A stretch of 64,000 nt of DNA, taken from assembly GCA_913060515.1 (NCBI GenBank), contig CAJXRZ010000019.1, positions 19,857 to 83,856 of the forward strand, written 5' to 3'. Shown piece after piece: positions 57,873-64,000 of the stretch. Each line of letters starts with the position of its first letter. The stretch's first letter is position 1. Source of the stretch: an uncultured Pseudomonadota bacterium (GTDB lineage: Bacteria > Myxococcota_A > UBA796 > CAJQPC01). Both the position numbers and the translations under genes were made by a program. The notes below the pieces were generated by a model, which searched no databases, had not been told where the DNA came from, and saw nothing but the letters and a program-made list of their open reading frames with translations.

Positions 57873-57956
57873 TGCTTCAGCCTCCGGTCACTCGCGCTTG
57901 GAGCGACACAAGAAGACCCAACGGACCTGAAGACCCACACTTGAGACTTTCGCCGT

Positions 57957-58517
57957 TCAGCGGCTGGGCGCGATCCTCCGGCGGCGGGCGAAGAGTAGGC
58001 TGCCAAGCAGCAGAAACACGGAGACACCCGCCAACTTTGGGGTGGGTGAGGCGCTGCAGCCGCAGCCGCCGAGCTCACCGGCCAGGGTGGCGGCTCCCGA
58101 TCCGCTTGCCTCCTCGCACTCCACATCCTCGCTGCCTGAGCAATCGGAATCATCGCAGTCGACATCGCCATCGCCGTCGTTGTCGAATTCGTCCTCGCAG
58201 GAGGTCTCCGTCTCCTCACAGCTCTCTTCAGCCGAGCAGTCGTCGTCGGCGCAGTCCACGTCGTCGTCGCCGTCGTCGTCCTCGCCGTTGGTGCAGTCCT
58301 CTGTTCCGCTTCCAGCACAGGCTTCGTCTTCTGAGCAGTCGGAATCGTCGCAGTCCACGTCGTCGTCGCCGTCGTCGTCCTCCCCGTTGGTGCAGTCTTC
58401 GACGTCCACAACAACCCCGGAGTCAGAGTCGGTGGGGTCGTCGCCGGTCTCGGCGAAGGCGGGAGTTCCGAGCATCAAAGCAAAGGCGATCAGCGTCATT
58501 TGAGTCCTCTTGTCCAC
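57957..58517 (-). CDS. Small secreted Asp/Cys-repeat protein with MYXO-CTERM-like tail
   Basis: Signal peptide; three C.(NG/DE).D(D/N)DGD.DVDC.D.DC repeats; GGCGCS...FLLLGSLLFARRRR. Confidence 0.82.
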   Translation of the reverse strand: MDKRTQMTLIAFALMLGTPAFAETGDDPTDSDSGVVVDVEDCTNGEDDDGDDDVDCDDSDCSEDEACAGSGTEDCTNGEDDDGDDDVDCADDDCSAEESCEETETSCEDEFDNDGDGDVDCDDSDCSGSEDVECEEASGSGAATLAGELGGCGCSASPTPKLAGVSVFLLLGSLLFARRRRIAPSR

Positions 58518-58634
58518 GCCGGGGTGGCCCCCAGGGGTGTTCTCTCAGTGTACCCAGCCTGTAGCACAGCCGGGTCTTCCTTGGCAGTCCTTGGCTCAGC
58601 GCGATAAGAGCCGCCGGATCACGGAGTACTCTAC

Positions 58635-59408
58635 ATGGCCAAGCCGCCTACCATCGCCAGCCTCGTTCGCACGGCGACCACCTCGCAAGAGCAGTACATC
58701 ATCAACACCACTGAGATGTTCGCGGAGCATGATTCCGAGCGGATCATCGAGTACTTCGGTCGTTTGAGCCTGCCCCGGACCTGGGCCGAGGAGAAAGCTG
58801 GAGAGTTCGGCGAAGAGGCCATCCTCTCCGCTCGCTCCGTTCACATCGAGCTGGCCGAGATGGCTGGCGTGACCAAGTATCTTGAGCGCAACCAGCGCAA
58901 GATCAAGTGGCACGTCACGCACCCTGGCATCGACGGTGCCTCTTCTGTGGCGCTGATTTTCGCGGCGCAGGCAGACTTCGCCATGCTGCGCATCCGCCGG
59001 GTCCTGCACCTCATCTCGAACATCGATGTGCTGACTCCAGAGGACTGGGGTGTTGCCCGTGAGCTCCTCAACCGTGCCTTCCGCGACTACCGTCAGACCT
59101 TGGGTCTGGTGACCGGCCGCTGGATGGAGGCTCTGATGGAGACCGCAGAGAGCCACGAGGCTTTCGTCGAAGCCATGGCGCCCTTCCCGTCTTTGATTCG
59201 TGAGAAGACCGCTGCGCTGGAAGCACACCGCGACGACATTGAGAAGGTTCGCGTGAGCCTCTCGGTTCAACCTCCCGGCTACCCGATGGTCAAGCCTCCC
59301 CGCTACTTCGGCGGCGACTTGCTCGACAACAGCTCCTGGGGACACTTCTGGGGCGAGGTCGGCAAGATGGGTGACGGTCTGCGTCAGCAGGTCGGCCTGG
59401 GAATCTGA
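58635..59408 (+). CDS. Soluble hypothetical protein
   Basis: GGAG RBS, strong GC3 bias, followed by terminator; no recognisable motif. Confidence 0.75.
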   Translation: MAKPPTIASLVRTATTSQEQYIINTTEMFAEHDSERIIEYFGRLSLPRTWAEEKAGEFGEEAILSARSVHIELAEMAGVTKYLERNQRKIKWHVTHPGIDGASSVALIFAAQADFAMLRIRRVLHLISNIDVLTPEDWGVARELLNRAFRDYRQTLGLVTGRWMEALMETAESHEAFVEAMAPFPSLIREKTAALEAHRDDIEKVRVSLSVQPPGYPMVKPPRYFGGDLLDNSSWGHFWGEVGKMGDGLRQQVGLGI

Positions 59409-59466
59409 TCTCTGAGGGGGACCTCAGGTTCCCCACTCGCCGCTCTTAGCGGCGCCTCAGTCGAAG

Positions 59467-59496
59467 AAAGCTCGCCCCTTGGGGCGGGCTTTTTTT
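59467..59496. terminator. Bidirectional-type intrinsic terminator
   Basis: AAAGCTCGCCC-CTTG-GGGCGGGCTTTTTTT between convergent genes. Confidence 0.88.
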
Positions 59497-59514
59497 GTGC
59501 CCGCTGCCGCTCTC

Positions 59515-60180
59515 TTAGACGCCGCGTTCGGCCGCCGGCCAGATCAGCTTGTGTTGCTGCAGGTTCAGGCGCGCCTGGAGGCGGTCCTCCAGCATCCACT
59601 CCACCAAGGTCTTGGGCTCCAGTTGGCCCCAGACGGGGCTGAGCAGCACGTGGGCCACCCGCTCGTGCAGCTTCTCCCGCAGCAGGATCTCCCGGGTCCA
59701 CTCGTAGTCGGCGCGGTCGGCGATCACCGACTTGACCTCGTGGTGGGGACGAAGCTTCTCGAGATTGGACCAGAGGTTCTTGTCTTCCTCGCCGGAGCCA
59801 GGGGGCTTCAAATCCAAGATCACCCCCACCTCCGCCGGAACCGGGCCAATGTCGATGGATCCGCTGGTCTCCAGCAAGACATGAGCGCCGGCATCTACCA
59901 GGCGCTGAAGCAGAGGGATGCACTGGCGCTGGGCCAAGGGCTCCCCGCCAGTGACCTCGATCAAGGGCACCCCAAAGGACAGAGCTTGTGCCACGACATC
60001 GTCGATGCTGCGGTGCTCTCCGCCGGTGAAGGTGTACTCCGAATCACACCAGGTGCAGCGCAGGTTGCAGCCTGTCAGGCGTACGAACACACAGGGCACG
60101 CCGGCATAGGAACTCTCGCCCTGAACGGAGAGGTAGACCTCGCTCAGGCGAAGGCGCTCATCTGCGGGGATTTCACTCAT
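59515..60180 (-). CDS. queE: 7-carboxy-7-deazaguanine synthase (radical SAM)
   Basis: SVQGE, FVRLTGCNLRCTWCD, VTGGEP, LETSG, LQQHKLIW. Confidence 0.93.
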   Translation of the reverse strand: MSEIPADERLRLSEVYLSVQGESSYAGVPCVFVRLTGCNLRCTWCDSEYTFTGGEHRSIDDVVAQALSFGVPLIEVTGGEPLAQRQCIPLLQRLVDAGAHVLLETSGSIDIGPVPAEVGVILDLKPPGSGEEDKNLWSNLEKLRPHHEVKSVIADRADYEWTREILLREKLHERVAHVLLSPVWGQLEPKTLVEWMLEDRLQARLNLQQHKLIWPAAERGV

Positions 60181-60238
60181 GCACGATTCCTGGCTGAGGG
60201 GCCGTTATTAATGCGCGCCCGCCAAATGGCGAGAAGGA

Positions 60239-61633
60239 GTGCCAGTGCCCAAGTACCGCAATGAAGTCGACTCCCTGGGGACCGTCCGTGTGCCCAACAA
60301 GGCCTACTACGGGGCGCAGACCAAGCGCGCGATCGACAACTTCCCGGTCAGCGGGCAGCCCATGCCCTTGCGCTTCATCCACGCATTGGCCCTGGTCAAG
60401 AAGTCGGCCTGCCACGCCAACGAGGATCTGGGGCTGATCGAGACCGAGATGGCCGAGTGGATGCAGCAGGCGGCTCAAGAGGTGATCGATGGCGACTGGG
60501 ACGAGCACTTCCCAATCGATGTCTTCCAGACTGGCTCGGGCACCTCGACGAACATGAACGCGAACGAGGTCATCGGGAACCGCGCCAGCGAGCTGATGGG
60601 CGGAGAGCTGGGCGCACGTCACCCCGTGCACCCCAACGACCACGTCAACATGAGTCAGTCTTCCAATGACGTGATCCCCACCGCGCTGCATCTGGCGGGG
60701 GCCATGGCCTTGCACCAGGACCTGCTGCCCGCACTAAAGTCCCTCCACAAGGAGCTGGCTGCCAAGGCGGAGGAGTGGGACCGCATCGTGCTCTCGGGCC
60801 GCACCCACCTGATGGACGCCACGCCCATCCGCTTGGGTCAGGTCTTCTCTGGCTACGCGGCCCAGATTGATAAGGGCATCCAACGCGCAGAGGCCGCCAT
60901 GCAGCCGCTCCTGGAGCTGGCGCTCGGTGGCACGGCCGTTGGCACCGGCCTGAACTGCCCCGAGGGCTTCGCCGAGCTGGCCATCCGCCGCATCGTCGAG
61001 GAGACCCTCTTGGACTTCCACCGCGCAGAGAACCCTTTCGAGGCGCAATCTGCCCGTGATGCGGTGGTCGAGGTCAGCGGACAACTCAAGGTGATCGCGG
61101 TCTCCCTGAGCAAGATCGCCAACGACATTCGCATGATGGCCAGCGGCCCGCGGGCTGGACTTGGGGAGCTGATCCTCCCCGCAGTGCAACCCGGCAGCTC
61201 GATCATGCCGGGCAAGGTCAACCCGGTGCACTGCGAGATGGTCGTGATGGTCGCCGCCCAGGTCATGGGCAACGACGTCGCCATCACCCACGGCGGGGCA
61301 GGCGGGCAGCTTCAACTCAACGCCATGCTGCCCCTGTTGGCCCACAATCTGCTCAACAGCGTGGAGCTGCTCTCCGGGGCGGCCCGTACCTTCGGAGTGC
61401 GCTGTGTGCGCGCCCTGAAGGCCAATGAGGCCCAGTGCCAGGCCACCTTGGAGCGCAACCTGTCTATGGGCACGGCCTTGGCGCCGGCGCTCGGCTACGA
61501 TGCGGCCGCCGAGCTGGCCAAGAAGGCCTATGCCCAGGGAACGAGCGTGCGGGAGCAGGCATTGGCGGACGGCGTGCTGCCTGCCGATGAGCTGGACCGG
61601 CTCTTGGATCCCATCTCTCTGACAGGAGCCTAA
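60239..61633 (+). CDS. fumC: Class II fumarate hydratase
   Basis: QTGSGTSTNMNANEV, HPNDHVNMSQSSND, GRTHLMDATP, GSSIMPGKVNP. Confidence 0.93.
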   Translation: MPVPKYRNEVDSLGTVRVPNKAYYGAQTKRAIDNFPVSGQPMPLRFIHALALVKKSACHANEDLGLIETEMAEWMQQAAQEVIDGDWDEHFPIDVFQTGSGTSTNMNANEVIGNRASELMGGELGARHPVHPNDHVNMSQSSNDVIPTALHLAGAMALHQDLLPALKSLHKELAAKAEEWDRIVLSGRTHLMDATPIRLGQVFSGYAAQIDKGIQRAEAAMQPLLELALGGTAVGTGLNCPEGFAELAIRRIVEETLLDFHRAENPFEAQSARDAVVEVSGQLKVIAVSLSKIANDIRMMASGPRAGLGELILPAVQPGSSIMPGKVNPVHCEMVVMVAAQVMGNDVAITHGGAGGQLQLNAMLPLLAHNLLNSVELLSGAARTFGVRCVRALKANEAQCQATLERNLSMGTALAPALGYDAAAELAKKAYAQGTSVREQALADGVLPADELDRLLDPISLTGA

Positions 61634-61660
61634 AGGAGAGCGGGATCGGGGCCGAGGGGC

Positions 61661-62593
61661 ATGGGTAGGAGACTTTCAATGCCTGCATCTTCGGTCAATG
61701 GACACGCCTTTGTCGTGCTTGCTGGGGGCCTTGCGCCTGCCAAGATGGGCACAGAAAAGGTCGTGGAGGCCCTTCAAGGCACCTTCAGACGCGACAGCTA
61801 CGCGCCCCCGATGCTGCCACGCGTCGCCATGGAGATCCTGCGCTTCTCACAGGCCCCGGTGACCATTGAGCTGTCCCGCGACGTGGAGCCTCTTCTTGCC
61901 GAGGATCCACTGCTGACCGCTCAGATTCTCCGTGCGGCCAACGCCCCTGCAATGGGCGCAAAGAAGCCGATTCGCTCAATCCGTCAGGCCGTCACCCGCT
62001 TGGGACTGCGCGGTCTGCGCGACGTCGTGATCACCGTGAGTCTGCGCAGTCGGGTGTTTCGTACGCCGAGCTACCAGGCCGAGCTGGACGCGCTCTTCAG
62101 CCACTCCATGGCCATGGGCACCATCTCGCAGCAGGTCGCCGCAGCCACAGGAGGAGATGCCCGCTTCGCCTACCTCTGTGGGCTGCTCTCGGATCTTGGG
62201 ATCGCTGCGTCCCTGTTGGTCTTTGGAGAGCTCACCGAAGGACCGCCGCCACTCTTCACCCTCTGGCCCGCGATGCTCGAAGTCCACGAGGAGGCCGCCG
62301 CCGCGGTAGGACAGGCGTGGTCCCTTCCGGAGGAAGTTGTCGCCGTGATCGGCGCGCACCATCGGAGCCCCAGTGGCCCTCACGCCAAGCTGCAATCCAC
62401 TCTGGCTGTGGCCGAGGAGATCGCGGTGCTCTTGGGGCAGCACTTGGGGTGTCAGGATCCAAGCTGGGCCGCCTTCTTGAGCGAAGAGCGCTTCACTTCT
62501 GCGCGCGAGGCACTAAAATTGAGCGACGCTCAGTTCGAGGCCATTTTGGATAGCTCAGCACGCCAACTTTCCCCACCGAAGCGGGTTGCCTGA
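61661..62593 (+). CDS. Stand-alone HDOD domain protein
   Basis: PPMLPRVAMEIL, EDPLLTAQILRAAN, SIRQAVTRLG, GLLSDLG, WSLPEEV..VIGAHH. Confidence 0.88.
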   Translation: MGRRLSMPASSVNGHAFVVLAGGLAPAKMGTEKVVEALQGTFRRDSYAPPMLPRVAMEILRFSQAPVTIELSRDVEPLLAEDPLLTAQILRAANAPAMGAKKPIRSIRQAVTRLGLRGLRDVVITVSLRSRVFRTPSYQAELDALFSHSMAMGTISQQVAAATGGDARFAYLCGLLSDLGIAASLLVFGELTEGPPPLFTLWPAMLEVHEEAAAAVGQAWSLPEEVVAVIGAHHRSPSGPHAKLQSTLAVAEEIAVLLGQHLGCQDPSWAAFLSEERFTSAREALKLSDAQFEAILDSSARQLSPPKRVA

Positions 62594-62662
62594 GGGAGCG
62601 AAAGGTCGCTGAAATGTTCTGTAGTCGAGATCTTCGACGGTCTTGTGTACCACTGAGGGGAG

Positions 62663-64000
62663 ATGAACAAAGCTGATGCCGTGCCGTTGAGAGAAGGGGG
62701 AGAACCGCAAGCCCCTTGGGGTGTGCGTTTCCCGGACGTTGTCTCGCAGCTCGATCCGGCGGACCACGAGCTCTTGCTTCGACGAAGCGTCTCCGACCTG
62801 GAACGGCGTGTTCCGGTGAGTTTGTTCACCTACGTCCTGCTCTTTGGGGTGTTGGTGCTTCACCCGTCGCTGCGGGAAATGAACGCCTTCTGGTTGGCCA
62901 TGGGCAGCACCATTGGGCTGACCGTGCTCCGCGCTTGGGTAGGGCGACACCTCGGAGACCAGAAGGTCGGCAGGGCCTTGGAGGCCCAGCGTGTCTTTGT
63001 GCTGCTCACCGTGCTCCAGGGGGTGGTCTGGGGAGCCGGCGTGGTGGCCGCTACGTGGTGGAACTACCCCGCAGAGATGGCCGGCATTCTGGTCTTGATC
63101 ACAACCACCGGCATCGCCGGTGGCTCTCTGGGAACCTTCACCTTCAGCATGCGCTGCAACGCGCTCTACCAGCTTCTGCTCTCCTTGCCGCTGCTGGTCG
63201 TCCTCTCGATTCAGACCATTCAGGGCGTGCCCGAGGTCTGGATGCTCGGGGTGTTGATCTTGGCCTTCATTGGCTTCCTGCTCTTCCAAGGCCGGCGCCT
63301 GGAGAAGGAGTACTGGCACTCGGAGATCAACCGGCTCATCGTCTCGCGCAAGCAGACCGAGCTCATCGCTGCGCGGGAGAAGGCGGAGCAGGCGGCCTTG
63401 GCCAAGGGGGTCTTTCTCTCGACCATGTCCCACGAGCTGCGCACCCCGCTCAACGGTGTGCTGGGCATGGTGGACTTGCTGCGTTCCAGTCCCATGACTC
63501 GGGAACAGGACACTTACCTGCGCACCATCAACTCGGCTGGCGATGCGCTGCTGGGCTTGATCGATGACATCCTGGACACTGTGCGCCTAGAGCGCGGGGT
63601 GCTCCCGCTCCACAACAAGGAGTTCGCGCCATCCGATGTGGTGGACGAGGTCCTGGCCTGCCTCTCTCCAGCCGCTTGGCAGAAGGGCATTCAACTCGCA
63701 GGAGTGGTCGAGGCCACCTTGCCCTCGCGCCTGTTCGGCGATCCCACCCGCTTGCGCCAGGTCCTGATCAACTTGGTCGGCAACGCCATCAAGTTCACCG
63801 AGCAGGGACAGGTGACCTTGCGCTTGGGCAGCGCAGGCCGCTTGGAAGACGGCGTGCTCCTTCGCTTCGAGGTGGAAGACACGGGCATCGGCCTGGCAGG
63901 AATGGACTTGGAACGTCTCTTTCGCGCGTTTGAGCAGGGAGACCAAGGAGCGGCACGGGAGCACGGGGGCAGCGGCCTGGGGCTGCGCATCTGCCGTGGT
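62663..64000 (+). CDS. Membrane sensor histidine kinase (runs off window end, 3' truncated)
   Basis: Not the track ORF 62716..63567; my reading from ATG 62663 (GAGGGG RBS) gives about five TMs, TMSHELRTPLNGVLG, QVLINLVGNAIKFT, EDTGIG, HGGSGLGL. Confidence 0.92.
   Translation, partial: MNKADAVPLREGGEPQAPWGVRFPDVVSQLDPADHELLLRRSVSDLERRVPVSLFTYVLLFGVLVLHPSLREMNAFWLAMGSTIGLTVLRAWVGRHLGDQKVGRALEAQRVFVLLTVLQGVVWGAGVVAATWWNYPAEMAGILVLITTTGIAGGSLGTFTFSMRCNALYQLLLSLPLLVVLSIQTIQGVPEVWMLGVLILAFIGFLLFQGRRLEKEYWHSEINRLIVSRKQTELIAAREKAEQAALAKGVFLSTMSHELRTPLNGVLGMVDLLRSSPMTREQDTYLRTINSAGDALLGLIDDILDTVRLERGVLPLHNKEFAPSDVVDEVLACLSPAAWQKGIQLAGVVEATLPSRLFGDPTRLRQVLINLVGNAIKFTEQGQVTLRLGSAGRLEDGVLLRFEVEDTGIGLAGMDLERLFRAFEQGDQGAAREHGGSGLGLRICRG

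Noticed and set aside
62716-63567. Track ORF of 283 aa
   Set aside because: Wrong frame; the frame from ATG 62663 gives TM helices and complete kinase boxes

Overview
High-GC, gene-dense bacterial chromosomal segment, most likely Myxococcota (inferred from MYXO-CTERM-like tails, a Hanks-type Ser/Thr kinase, many Asp/Cys-rich surface proteins and stand-alone HDOD proteins). I see no rRNA, tRNA, CRISPR array, integrase or transposase. About 55 CDS: housekeeping (gshB-like, gpsA, fumC, queE, trxA, DnaJ-class chaperone, crcB, PspA, GltS-type symporter), signalling (ECF sigma/anti-sigma, several histidine kinases, a CheA-like kinase with CheY, STK, PPP phosphatase), GldA/F/G-like ABC components and many secreted or lipoproteins. 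Highlights: (1) a tandem pair of GTPases at 41.7-43.8 kb that both carry the same double substitution in the Mg2+ site (G1 GK[S/T]->GKD, G3 DxxG->NTPG), inside an envelope-type operon; (2) a selenoprotein split in the ORF track (UPYC redoxin lipoprotein, in-frame TGA plus a SECIS-like hairpin) at 12.9-13.5 kb; (3) a CheY / membrane thioredoxin-like / membrane-bound CheW-less CheA-like three-gene module; (4) repeated ultra-short uncharged lipoprotein signal peptides; (5) a His-rich secreted protein with five C-x12-C repeats; (6) a DnaC/DnaI-like loader pair with no phage context. Two genes look frameshifted. All family assignments come from motif recognition by eye; no database searches were run.
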